Notes under the pieces: model-generated
What the model saw: the letters and a program-made list of their open reading frames with translations, nothing else
Told to the model about the DNA's origin: nothing
The model's database searches: none
Made by a program: the position numbers and the translations under genes
Source: Longimicrobiales bacterium
Lineage (GTDB): Bacteria; Gemmatimonadota; Gemmatimonadetes; Longimicrobiales; Gaopeijiaceae
Direction of reading: 5' to 3'
DNA length: 64,000 nucleotides
Assembly (NCBI GenBank): GCA_965219445.1
Contig: CBDCNQ010000004.1
Location: forward strand, 233,023-297,022
Shown here: positions 9,600-19,174 of the stretch, piece after piece
Layout of the letters: every line of letters begins with the position of its first letter
How positions within the stretch are numbered: the stretch's first letter is position 1

Positions 9600-12506
9600 C
9601 ACCTCACCGAACGCCGCCGTCAGTGCCGCCGGCGCCGTGTCGTCCGTGTCGTCGTCGGCGTCGGCGGCGGCCTCGGGACCCGGGATCGTCAGCGTCGCCG
9701 GCACCTGCGTCAGCACCGTCCCGCCCGCGGTGCAGATGCCGCCCGAGGCGCAGGCCGCGTCCGCCACCAACGTGAACGTCACGTCACCGTCGCCTTCGGG
9801 GGTCAGGAAGAACAGCCAGGCGTGTGCGAGTCCGTCTTCCGTATGGGCCTGCACCGCGCTGATGGTTCCGCCCGTGACCTGCACCGACGGCGTGTTCGCT
9901 GCGAATGCCGCCACCGCCTCGCTGAAGGTCACCACTACCTGCGGCCGGTCGTCCGATCCCGTGTGCCGCGTCGAGGCGAACCGGCTCGCCGGGAAGCTCG
10001 CCGACAGCGCGGCTCCGTCATCCTCGTCTGCCGTCGCCGCGGCGACCGTGAACGACACCGAGCGCGTCTGCAGCGCGGTGCCCCCGCCATCGGGGTCGGC
10101 GTAGGCCGTCGCCTGCAGCGTGTAGGCGCCCGGCGGCAACCCCTCGCCGCCGTCGGCGTACAGCGTGTAGGGCGCCGCGTTGTCCGTGCGGGTCACCGTC
10201 TTCGCCCCCGACAGCGCCAGCCGCAGGCTCCCGATCGCCGCCTCCGGTATCGTCTCCACCCGGACCCCGTACTGTCCGGTCGCCGGCGCGTCCAGCGTGA
10301 CCTCGGTCCCGTCCGTGAGCGACCCGACATCCGTCCCAGCCGCCGCGTCCACCAGGGTGAAGCCCACGAGCACGTCCTCATGGTTGTAGATCAAGCCGGC
10401 GGCGCGCTCGACTCCGAGACGCGCGCCCGAGACGTTGCTCAGCAGCAGCGCGAACGACTCGCCGCTGTCCTCCACCGTGTCGTCGACGATCGGCACCGAC
10501 ACGGTCTTCTCCGTCTCGCCCCGCGCGAAGGTCAGCGTCCCGGCCGTCGCCTGATAGTCCTCGGGCGCCGTCGCGCTGCGGTCCTCGGTGTGGTAGTCCA
10601 CCGTCACCGTCGAGCTCGCGGCCGGGTGGAGTTCCACCGTGAAGTCGACGGCCGCGTTCCGGCTTTCCCGCGCCAATGCGATCCAGACCCGGATCGTCGG
10701 GGCACCGGACACCGCCGTCCTGCCGTCGACGCGCCGCGCGCGGCCGTGGCCCACCGCGTTCACCGCGCGCACCTCGAAGCTGTATTTCCTCCCCTCCGAG
10801 AGCCCGTCGCTGTGTGTGTAGCCCGTCGTGCTCGCACTGCTGCCCGGGATGGTGGCCCAAAGGGTGAAACCGGGGCTGACCCTCGTGCGCCGGTACTGGT
10901 ATTTCGTGATCGCCCGGCCGCCGTCGTACCGCCTCGTCCACGTCAGCGTGATCGACCGCCGGTCGCCGGGCCTCGCCCTGAGCTCCGGCGCGGACGGCAC
11001 GTCCGGCGTCGTCGCGCTCTGGCTCGCCGCCGCGGAGCGCACCGTACCGGCTCGGATCCGCAGCGCGACCGTGTAGGCGGTCCCATTGGCGAGGCGGCTC
11101 ACGGTGTGGCGGGTGGTCGTCGCGTCGCTGCCGGAGATGTCGGTCCAGGAGTTCCAGGTGTCGCCGCCGTCGGTGCTCAGCCGGTACTGGTACGCCTCCA
11201 CGGCCACGGTCGAGGCCGCCGCCGTCCACGCCAGATCCACCTTGCGGATGCCCGCCGTCACCCCAAAGCCACTCGGGGCGTCCACGGGCAGGGCCTGCGT
11301 TGTCGCCCCCCGCTGGGCAGACGCGCCGCCACCTTCGGAATTCACGGCCCGGATCTGTATGACGTAGGTCGTCTCGTCGGCCAGACCGGTCACGGTGTGG
11401 CGGGTGGTCTGGTAGTTGCTGTTTGGAATCCTCGTCCAGGCGGTGTACGGGTGCGCACCCGATTGGTAGCGCACCTGGTAGTAATCGATACGGTTGAAGG
11501 TGGCCGGCGGCGTCTCCCAAGACAGCGCCACGCGCTGGAAGCCGCCCGCGGCGGCGAGATCCCTCGGCGCGAACGGCGACTCGCTCCGGCGCGGCGTGAA
11601 GGTGATTTCGGCGTGCAGTCCAGGCCCGTCCGCGGTCACCGCCCGGAACTGGTAGGTATAGGAAACCCCACATGTGAAGGAACCACTGAGCTCCGTCGTA
11701 AGCGGATTACCAAGGTCCTGCTGCCAGTCATGGAAGGGTCGATTCCCAACCCTGTGCCGATTCTCGTACCTCGTGATCGCGGTGCCGCCGTTCGATGCGG
11801 GCGCCGACCAGTCCATCGTCACATAACATCCATCCGACAGCGTCACCGTGAGGTTGGTGGGGGGTGCACTGAGGCGTGAGCCCCCGAGTTGGATGCGGAG
11901 CGCCTCGTTGGACCCGGACTTAACCGTCCAGGTGCCGCTGTTGTTCCAGTAGAACTTGTCTTTGATGCTCCAGCCCGGGAAGGCAAAAACATCTTCTCCG
12001 CCGTCGGTGGTGGAGTCGAGTGTCACGCTCCCGGTGCCGTGCTGCTTGATCACCACCACGTAGTTGGTGTTCGCCGAGAGGGCGATGCCGGCGTGCGTGA
12101 ACCTCACGAGCCCGGCCGTGAAGCTGCTCGGCGCCGTCAGGGCCGTGCAGGTGCTGGATGGAAACTCGTCCGCGCTGCCATCCTCCTCGCAGATCTCGAC
12201 GTCGAAGTCGTCGCCCTCGGCGTCCTCGGAGTCGACGATCACGCTGGTGAGCGTGTAGCCGCGCGCGTGGGTACCCGTGTGGAACAGCTGCGCATGGTCG
12301 TTGCCATTGGTTTCGGCGCTGTCATCGGACCCTTTCGTGATGTTGCCCACGAAGGTGATCGTCTGCGCCTCCGCCGCGGCCGCCCCGAGGAGCAGCAGGC
12401 CCACGACGAGGACGGCGGCGGCGGCGCGGCCGGGACGGGCGTGCCGACGGGACCGGTCTCGATCCCGCGCCCCGGCGGGCGCGGCGGAGAGTCGCCGAGT
12501 CAACAC
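9600..12506 (-). CDS. Giant Calx-beta/FN3 autotransporter, exon 1 (signal peptide and N-terminal passenger)
   Basis: ORF 9567..12506. Signal peptide AAAAVLVVGLLLLGAAAAEAQ, several fibronectin-III-like repeats and one Calx-beta segment (VTVDYHTEDRSATAPEDYQATAGTLTFARGETEKTVSVPIVDD). The last genuine codon is GTG (V) at 9602-9600; the remaining 11 codons of the ORF are intron. Confidence 0.85.
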
Positions 12507-12550
12507 GCGAGTCCGGAACGCGACGTCCGGTAGCCCGCCTCGCGGCCGCC

Positions 12551-12761
12551 CGGACAGCTCCTCGTTCGCAGCACTCGCGGGCCCAATCAGGCGGGAACTT
12601 CCAGGCGGGAACTTCGGGAACTTGCTGAACGCATTTACACCATCCTGAACGGATGGCGTGAGGATTACCAGATGGGTTTTTTTCTGGCTCTAGGGGCAGT
12701 TTAATTGCGGGTACGGCGCGATCGTTATTCCGGGCGCGTTCCATGCCCACATCGCGGCGCT
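12551..12761. repeat. Copy A of a ~190-210 bp duplicated upstream element (contains GGGAACTT x3)
   Basis: Aligns by eye with 13807-13992. Shared blocks: cggacagctc, ttcgcagcactcg, gggaacttgct-aacgcat, agatgggttt, ttctggctctag, tttaatt-cgggtacggcgcgatcg, ttccgggcg, catcgcg. Lies 45 nt upstream of the autotransporter start. Confidence 0.8.
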
Positions 12762-12787
12762 ATTTCCTGCCGAAAGGGACACGTCAA

Positions 12788-12830
12788 GGGCGCCTTCAGG
12801 GGGCGACAGGTCGGGGTGCCGAAGGCGCCC
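12788..12830 (-). terminator. Stem-loop downstream of the lysR-type gene
   Basis: GGGCGCCTTC (12788-12797) and GAAGGCGCCC (12821-12830) form a perfect 10-bp stem with a 23-nt loop, 34 nt past the LysR stop. No strong U-tract follows. Confidence 0.4.
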
Positions 12831-12863
12831 GCCTGCAGCGGCCGTCGCTGCGGCCCGACGCCC

Positions 12864-13784
12864 TCAGCCGCAGCTTTCGCCTCCCGCGGCGGGCTTCCCG
12901 GCCTCGGCCCGGAGCCAGTCCAGGAACACCCGCGCCTCGGGCTTCTCCCCGGAGCCTGGAGCGACCGCAAGGAAGTAGCGCGCCGGGGCCGCGACCGGCG
13001 GCTCGAACAGCGTCACCAGCGTTCCGCGCTCGAGATAGGGCACGATCAGCAGGGAGTGACCGAGCGCGACGCCCATGCCCTCGAGCGCCGCCTGGACCAT
13101 CATCGAGTACAGACGGTACCCCGACGCCTGGGACATGTCCGGCGCGCCGGCCTCCCTGCAGGCAAACCAGTGCGCCCAGTATTCCTCCCAGGCCAGATCG
13201 TAGAGCAGCGGCCATCCATGCAGATCGGCCGGGTGCACGGGCCGCCCCCTCGATGCAAGAAAGGCCGGGCTGCACACCGGGACGAGCGTTTCCTCGAATA
13301 GCACCTCGCTCTGCACGGTGCGCGGGACCCCGGCGACGAATGCGATCCAGACGTCGAACGCGCGCCGTGCGGGATCGACCTCGTAGTGATCGGTCTCGAA
13401 CTCGATGACGATCTCGGGGTGCGCGCGCCGGAACCCGGCGAGCCGCGGCATCAGCCACAGCTCGGCGAAGGCCTCCACGGTGACGAGCTTCAGCGTCCCG
13501 GCATTCGCGCCGGCACGAAAGCGCTCGGTAGCCTTGTCGAGAACGGAGAGGGTGTGCTGGACCTCCACGAGGAACGCCTGTCCACGCGTGCTCAGGGCGA
13601 GACCCTGCGGTTGGCGTTCGAACAGCTGCTCCCCGAGGTAATGCTCGAGCGTCCTGACACGATGGGCGACGGCGCCGGACGTCACGCCGAGCTCGCGTGC
13701 CGCCTCGGCGAAACTCTCGTGCCGCCCGGCCACGTCGAAGAAACGAAACACCTCCAGCGGCGGCCAGCCTACCGCCTTATCCAT
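12864..13784 (-). CDS. LysR-family transcriptional regulator (GcvA-like)
   Basis: ORF 12864..13784. N-terminal HTH FRFFDVAGRHESFAEAARELGVTSGAVAHRVRTLEHYLGEQLFER, followed by a LysR substrate-binding domain. Confidence 0.9.
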   Translation of the reverse strand: MDKAVGWPPLEVFRFFDVAGRHESFAEAARELGVTSGAVAHRVRTLEHYLGEQLFERQPQGLALSTRGQAFLVEVQHTLSVLDKATERFRAGANAGTLKLVTVEAFAELWLMPRLAGFRRAHPEIVIEFETDHYEVDPARRAFDVWIAFVAGVPRTVQSEVLFEETLVPVCSPAFLASRGRPVHPADLHGWPLLYDLAWEEYWAHWFACREAGAPDMSQASGYRLYSMMVQAALEGMGVALGHSLLIVPYLERGTLVTLFEPPVAAPARYFLAVAPGSGEKPEARVFLDWLRAEAGKPAAGGESCG

Positions 13785-13806
13785 GTTTCCGACCCCGGCT
13801 CCCGCT

Positions 13807-13992
13807 CGGACAGCTCTTCATTCGCAGCACTCGGTGACGCAACCACGAGGGAACTTGCTCAACGCATCTGTAACATTCTTAATCGGTAGTTTGAAGACTT
13901 CAAGATGGGTTTTATTCTGGCTCTAGCCGCAATTTAATTTCGGGTACGGCGCGATCGATTCCGGGCGGGTCCCATACTCGCATCGCGCCGCT
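13807..13992. repeat. Copy B of the duplicated upstream element
   Basis: Direct repeat of 12551-12761 with a single GGGAACTT unit. Lies 23 nt upstream of the LysR start codon. Confidence 0.8.
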
Positions 13993-14022
13993 GTGACCTG
14001 CCCCCAAGAGCGGTACCACATT

Positions 14023-14300
14023 CTATGTTAGTCCCAGCACCTGTGGAGGGCCGTGAAGGACGGGCATCCTCAGGAACCAGGGCGACGGCTTAATCGCCTC
14101 AGGGGCCGGGGGAAAGCCGCCGCAGGCGCTGTGGGGTCGGACGGTATTGTACTCGCGCCTCCATTGCTCGACCAGCACGGCCGCCTGCGCCAACGAGCAG
14201 AAGATCTCCCCGTTCAACAGCTCGTCCCTGAGCTTGCCGTTGAAGCTCTCGTTGTAGCCGTTCTCCCACGGGCTGCCCGGCTCGATAAAGAGCATCTCGA
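14023..14300 (-). pseudogene. DDE (rve) transposase C-terminal fragment, IS3-like family
   Basis: ORF 14023..14397 contains LFIEPGSPWENGYNESFNGKLRDELLNGEIFCSLAQAAVLVEQWRREYNTVRPHSA. Only the last ~90 aa of a transposase are present, with no upstream catalytic region. Confidence 0.7.
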
Positions 14301-14715
14301 CGCCCACGCGGGTCCGAGGCACGCCCGCAAGGGAGAAGGAGAAGTGATCTACAGGCATGGGAGCAACCCGGGCTCGCCGAAGCGGCGGAGACCGCAAGGC
14401 ATGAGGAGCGAGGCCATGGGCGAACCTACCGGATAGAGGACCGTTCCACGTGGCAATGGCAAGCCCGTGGTGGCCTTGAACGCCTTCGGTCTACGCGTCC
14501 CTCGGATGCGATCTGAGACAACGGCAAGGATTCCCGCCAATCGACTCCGGCTTTCCGGCTATTGTGACACGATGGAGTCAGATATCGTCCGACGGCAAGT
14601 GCGGCAGATCGTGCAGTCCTAGTTGAACTTAGACGATTTCTTGCCGGGGTTCACGCTCACTGGGATGTGCCTGATGTGCACTCGCCGATCAGCACCGACG
14701 CTCGCCGATCCGCGT

Positions 14716-15033
14716 TCAAAATCCGCCTCCAGGGAGCCGCCTCGAGCGCCATGTCGCGAAGCCGTGGATCATCGTTCCGGGAGTCGAGGATCGGTGGAGG
14801 TCCTTCAGCTCGACGATCCGCTTGAGGCAGGCCTGCAAGCCGCCGTACTCCATGAGGACCCGGACATCACCCTTGATGATGGCCCGGTCGATCCGGTCGA
14901 TCTCGCGGCCGATTTCGTGGTCGAATTCGGAGGGGTGGGGATCTCGCGCCCAGTTGGCGAGCACCGTCTCCGCCCGGCTCCGCTCCTGCCAGGTCCGGGC
15001 CACAGCGACGACTTCGATCCTTGCGCCTGGCAT
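14716..15033 (-). CDS. Hypothetical protein, divergent from xis
   Basis: ORF 14716..15033 has strong GC third-position bias consistent with coding. No family recognised. Confidence 0.4.
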   Translation of the reverse strand: MPGARIEVVAVARTWQERSRAETVLANWARDPHPSEFDHEIGREIDRIDRAIIKGDVRVLMEYGGLQACLKRIVELKDLHRSSTPGTMIHGFATWRSRRLPGGGF

Positions 15034-15200
15034 TGGCGCTGGCCGCCGTCTTGGCCGCCCTCTACGCCGTCGCGCGCGCCGCAGGGCTCGCCGATCTGGG
15101 ACGCCGCGTCGATCTCGCCGAGCGCTCCGTTCGGCGCGGCGAGGGCGACCCGGCCCTCACCGACGCGCTCCGCAGAGACGCCGAGGGCGACTGGGAATGA
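15033..15200 (+). CDS. Possible 55-aa small protein upstream of xis (TTG start)
   Basis: Own reading: TTG then ALAAVLAALYAVARAAGLADLGRRVDLAERSVRRGEGDPALTDALRRDAEGDWE-stop. The stop overlaps the xis-like ATG (ATGA). Too short for the ORF track. Confidence 0.25.
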   Translation: MALAAVLAALYAVARAAGLADLGRRVDLAERSVRRGEGDPALTDALRRDAEGDWE

Positions 15201-15643
15201 ACGCGGAGACCGGGCGCGCGGCGGGCCGACGAGATCGACCCAAACGTGCGCGCACACCTCGCGGCGCGTCCGTCGAGACCCTGCCAGTCACCTGGCGGAC
15301 GCAGGCCAAGGCGCTCCGCCGGTACGGGGGCGAGACGCCGGCCGTCGCGCTCGAAAGCTGCGCGGCCGAGCTCGAGGCCACGCTCAGGGAGAGGGACGAG
15401 ACCACCCTCTCGCTGACGGAGGCAGCCAGGGAGAGCGGCTACTCCGCTGACCATCTCGGCCGCCTCGTGCGCGACGGCAGGATCCCCAACGCCGGAAGAC
15501 CCGGCGCGCCCAGGATCGCCCGCTCGATCCTGCCACGGAAGACCCAGGCGCCAGCCACACCGCGACTGGTGGAAAAGCATCGCCGAGGCGAAGTTTCCAA
15601 CGCGCAGATCGTGCAGTCCATCATCGAGAGAGGAATCGAATGA
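15197..15643 (+). CDS. xis: Excisionase-type HTH DNA-binding protein
   Basis: C-terminal part of ORF 14822..15643, starting at MNAETGR. Contains LSLTEAARESGYSADHLGRLVRDGRIPNAGRPGAPRIARSILP, an excisionase-family HTH. Its stop overlaps the integrase start. Confidence 0.65.
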   Translation: MNAETGRAAGRRDRPKRARTPRGASVETLPVTWRTQAKALRRYGGETPAVALESCAAELEATLRERDETTLSLTEAARESGYSADHLGRLVRDGRIPNAGRPGAPRIARSILPRKTQAPATPRLVEKHRRGEVSNAQIVQSIIERGIE

Positions 15644-16803
15644 TGGCACGCACGAAACCTATCCGGCGCTCCTACGGCGCCGGCGAATGGGGCCGGAACC
15701 GGGTACGGGTCTTTCCCGATCCCAAGACCGGCCTGTTCCAGATCGAGTGGCGCGAGAACGGGCGCAGACTCACAAGGTCGCTGAAGCACCACGACTGGAG
15801 ACGGGCCAAGACGCAGGCGGACGAGTTCGCCGCTGGCTACCTCGGGCCGGAGCTCCACCGCAAGGCGGAAGCCGAGTCCGAGCCGCTCACCCTGGAGACG
15901 CTTTTTGACATCTACGGTGAAGAGGTGACGCCGACCAAGCGTGGACAGTCGCGGCTGCACGACAGGGCCGCGATGAGGACGTTCCTCGGGTGCTTCGGAC
16001 GGAACCGCGACCCCGCCACGCTGTCCCAGCGGGACTGGGACCGGTTCATCCGGGAGCGGCGCGCGGGCAGAGCCGGCCGCAGCGGCAAGCCGGTGGCCGA
16101 CCGGACGATCGAACGGGACCTCAAGTTCCTGCTCGCGGTCCTCAACTGGGCCGCGAGGTCGAGGGACGAGAGGGGAAGGCTCTTGCTCGAGTCCAACCCC
16201 CTCAGGGGCCTCAAGACGCCGAAGGAGAAGAATCCTACCCGGGTGCTGCTCACTGAGGCGGAATACGAGGCCATGCTTCGGGTGTCCGTGGAGGTGGACT
16301 GGCGCTTTCACGTCGCTCTCGTGCTCGCGCACGAGACGGGACACCGCATCGGCGCCATCCGTCAGTTGCGATGGTCCGACATCGACATGGAAGCTCGTGT
16401 CATCCGGTGGCGAGGCGAGCATGAGAAGACCGGCTACGAGCACCGGACCCCGGTGAGTGCCGAAGCGCTCGGCGTCCTCGAAGAGGCGCGGTGGCGGAAC
16501 CCCGGGATCGGGGACCTTCCGGTGTTGCCCGCGCCCAAGCATGCCTCGATGTGCGTGGGCCAGTGGCCGATCCGTGACTGGTGGGAGAAGGCCGAGGTGC
16601 TCGCAGGGCTGGAACCCAAGCGTGGGCGCGGCTGGCACTCACTGAGGCGGAAGTTCGCCTCCGACCTCATGGACCAGCCGCTCAAGGTCCTCTGCCAACT
16701 CGGCGGCTGGAAGACGGCCCAGACAGTGCTCCAGTGCTACCAGCGGGCCGACGAGGACCAGCTCAGGAAGGCTCTGGAGAGCCGACGCAGAGTTCGCGCC
16801 TGA
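15640..16803 (+). CDS. int: Tyrosine recombinase/integrase
   Basis: ORF 15640..16803. Contains LAHETGHRIGAIRQLRWSDI (Arg I), GWHSLRRKFASDL (H-x-x-R) and GGWKTAQTVLQCYQR (catalytic Tyr). Confidence 0.9.
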   Translation: MMARTKPIRRSYGAGEWGRNRVRVFPDPKTGLFQIEWRENGRRLTRSLKHHDWRRAKTQADEFAAGYLGPELHRKAEAESEPLTLETLFDIYGEEVTPTKRGQSRLHDRAAMRTFLGCFGRNRDPATLSQRDWDRFIRERRAGRAGRSGKPVADRTIERDLKFLLAVLNWAARSRDERGRLLLESNPLRGLKTPKEKNPTRVLLTEAEYEAMLRVSVEVDWRFHVALVLAHETGHRIGAIRQLRWSDIDMEARVIRWRGEHEKTGYEHRTPVSAEALGVLEEARWRNPGIGDLPVLPAPKHASMCVGQWPIRDWWEKAEVLAGLEPKRGRGWHSLRRKFASDLMDQPLKVLCQLGGWKTAQTVLQCYQRADEDQLRKALESRRRVRA

Positions 16804-16811
16804 GGCCAATC

Positions 16812-16835
16812 GGCGGGAATCAGATGGCGGGAATC
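16812..16835 (+). promoter_or_regulatory. Two direct copies of GGCGGGAATC next to an AT-rich tract (candidate Int/Xis arm sites or att region)
   Basis: GGCGGGAATC occurs at 16812-16821 and 16826-16835, directly after the int stop. It is followed by the AT-rich gtaagttcaataatcacataaacatccaaaac and then the point where dctM similarity resumes. Confidence 0.35.
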
Positions 16836-17521
16836 CGGCCAGCGAAGCCCGTAAGTTCAATAATCACATAAACATCCAAAACTGTGGGCGTTTGCCTTCC
16901 CGTCAGGATCAGCCCCGGGATCAAACCCGCGCGGAAAAGCGCGCCGACCGACACTCCCATTTGATCTCCGAGCACGATCAACACGATGCTGGGTGGGATG
17001 ATCTGCCCCAAGGTGCCGGCGGCGGCGATGACCCCGACCGTCAGCTCGTCCTTGTAGCCGTTTCGCATCATGACCGGGAGCGAGATCAGCCCCATCGCGG
17101 TGACCGACGCCCCAACCACACCGGTCGCCGCGGCGAGCAGCGCTCCCACGCCGATCACGCCGATGGCCAACCCGCCTCGAAAACGGCCGAACAGAATGCC
17201 GATCGTCTCCAGAAGGTCCTCGGCCAGGTCGGACTTTTCTAGGACCGTACCCATGAATATGAAGAAGGGGACGGCCAGGAGCGTGTAGTTCGCCATGATC
17301 CCGAACGTCCGGTCCGGAAGCGCCCGCAGGAGGACGAGATCGAAATGCCCTGCCAGTGACCCTAGGAGAGAAAAAATCAAGGCGGCGCCGGCGAGCGCAA
17401 ACGCGACCGGGTACCCCGTGAAGATGAGGACGAGTGTCCCCAGGAACATGGCCGGGCCCCAAATCTCTCCCACTATTCGTGCTCGTCCACTAGGTGCGCT
17501 CGCGTGGCGATCCGACGTCAT
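16820..17521 (-). pseudogene. dctM: TRAP transporter large permease DctM, 3'-truncated
   Basis: ORF 16820..17521 contains [21 protein letters not shown]...[22 protein letters not shown]...[17 protein letters not shown]...AGLIPGLIL, then a non-membrane-like tail ([27 protein letters not shown]) from about 16903 downward. Roughly half of a DctM is present. Confidence 0.8.
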
Positions 17522-18071
17522 TCCCGAGGACCTCCGCCCCGGGGGGCCCTCCGTCGGGCTGGGCCAGGATCGCGGCGTTCTTCACGATTTGGCTGAGCGC
17601 TTGAAGGAGGAGCAGGAAAAACGACACGAGGATGACGGTCTTGATGGGATAGCGCGCCAGACCACCGGGGTCGGGCGACGTCTCGAGGATGGCCCAGCTA
17701 TTCGCGACCGGTCCCCACGAAACCCAGAGCATCACCAATGCGAAGGGGGCGAGGAAGAGAGCGGACCCGATCAGGTCGATCCACGCGCGTGCCCGGCGCC
17801 CCAAGCGCGCGTACAGCACGTCCACACGAACGTGGTAGTCATGGTTCAGTCCGTACGCCGCGCCCATCAGAAAGATGAGGCTGAAGAGGTACCATTGGAG
17901 CTCGAGATACGCATTCGAACTCAGCGACACGCCGGTGAAGCGAGTCGCGTAACGGGCGATGGCGTTGAACGCTCCGATGATCACCATGACCAGCGTGAGC
18001 CACTGGATGGCCGAGCCGATCCGGTCATTGAGCCGGTCAATCGCGGCGGAGATTCGCCGGAGCGACGTCAC
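17490..18071 (-). CDS. dctQ: TRAP transporter small permease DctQ
   Basis: ORF 17490..18071. Four hydrophobic helices and [17 protein letters not shown]...[10 protein letters not shown], typical of DctQ. Overlaps the dctM start. Confidence 0.85.
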   Translation of the reverse strand: MTSLRRISAAIDRLNDRIGSAIQWLTLVMVIIGAFNAIARYATRFTGVSLSSNAYLELQWYLFSLIFLMGAAYGLNHDYHVRVDVLYARLGRRARAWIDLIGSALFLAPFALVMLWVSWGPVANSWAILETSPDPGGLARYPIKTVILVSFFLLLLQALSQIVKNAAILAQPDGGPPGAEVLGNDVGSPRERT

Positions 18072-18074
18072 CCG

Positions 18075-19103
18075 CTAGGGAGCCCCAGCAGCCCCGGAGT
18101 CGACACCCAGCTGCCGCATTATGGCCTGGCCGATCTCACGCAGCGTTTCTACCCCGTGCACGTCGTGCGGCAGAAGGTCTAGGTGGACTCGTCGGAGGCT
18201 CGAAAACGTCTGGTCGATCTCGTCCCTGTACTCGTGTTCCTGAACCCGTCGCTCCCGGAGAAAGTCACCCTCCGCATCGGGCGGCAACAGACGGTTCACG
18301 ATCATTCCCGCCACTGGCACGTCGAACTTGCCGAGCAAGTCGAGCGTCTTCTTGCTCTCGAGAATAGGGAGCCGCTCCGCGGTGAGCACGAGCAAGAAGG
18401 CCGTAACCGTCGGGTCGGTCAGGAGAGAGCGCGCCCGATGGAACTTCCGGCGCCGGGTCAGAAGAATGTCTTGGATTCGGCCGTCGCGGCTGTCGTTGGG
18501 CTCCTCCTTCGACCCCCCGATCATCCCGAACTCGTCCTCCCTCGAGTGATCACGACCGAAGACCTTGAGCAGCTCCCCCAATCGTCGCGACCGGTCCTGA
18601 TGGCCGAGCATACCGTCGGTCCAGGCGGACAGCACCTCGGGCAAGGAGAGAAGGCGGATCGTGTGCCCGGTCGGGGCCGTGTCGAAGATCAGCAGATCGA
18701 AGCGGCTCCTCGCGTCCGTCATGAGATCGGCCACACGCTCGAGCAGCGCGGCCTCCATCGTGCCGGGGGAATGACGGGCGAGCTCGAGCTGACGGTCAAT
18801 CTCCCCGTACATCTTGGGAGCGACCAACGACTTCATGCTCATCTTGACGGTCGCGATATGGCGCTCGGCTTCGGCCTCGGGATCGATCTCCAAGCCCGCG
18901 AGATTCGGGGCAAGAGGGGTCTCTACGTTTCCGACCCGTATGTCGAAAACGTCGCCGAGCGAATGCGCGGGGTCGGTCGAGACGAGCAGCGTCGAGCGCC
19001 CTGCTTCGCCCGCCATCAGCGCGAGCGCACCGGCAGTCGTGGTCTTGCCGACCCCACCCTTGCCGCCCACGAAGATGATGCGCCGGTCGAAAAGCTGATC
19101 CAC
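18075..19103 (-). CDS. ArsA/GET3-family P-loop ATPase
   Basis: ORF 18075..19103. Contains IIFVGGKGGVGKTTTAGALA (deviant Walker A), LVSTDPAHSLGDVF and LLIFDTAPTGHTIRLL. Confidence 0.85.
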   Translation of the reverse strand: MDQLFDRRIIFVGGKGGVGKTTTAGALALMAGEAGRSTLLVSTDPAHSLGDVFDIRVGNVETPLAPNLAGLEIDPEAEAERHIATVKMSMKSLVAPKMYGEIDRQLELARHSPGTMEAALLERVADLMTDARSRFDLLIFDTAPTGHTIRLLSLPEVLSAWTDGMLGHQDRSRRLGELLKVFGRDHSREDEFGMIGGSKEEPNDSRDGRIQDILLTRRRKFHRARSLLTDPTVTAFLLVLTAERLPILESKKTLDLLGKFDVPVAGMIVNRLLPPDAEGDFLRERRVQEHEYRDEIDQTFSSLRRVHLDLLPHDVHGVETLREIGQAIMRQLGVDSGAAGAP

Positions 19104-19174
19104 GGTCTGCTACGACTCCTGCGAAGTCTCCCTTAGAAGGGTGATCGGAACGGGGGGCGGATTCCGATCACCCC

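Noticed and set aside
14822-15196. N-terminal 125 aa of ORF 14822..15643.
   Set aside because: The reading is Arg/Ser-rich and antisense to the better-looking ORF 14716..15033. The excisionase-like domain begins at the internal ATG at 15197, which is also translationally coupled to a small upstream ORF.
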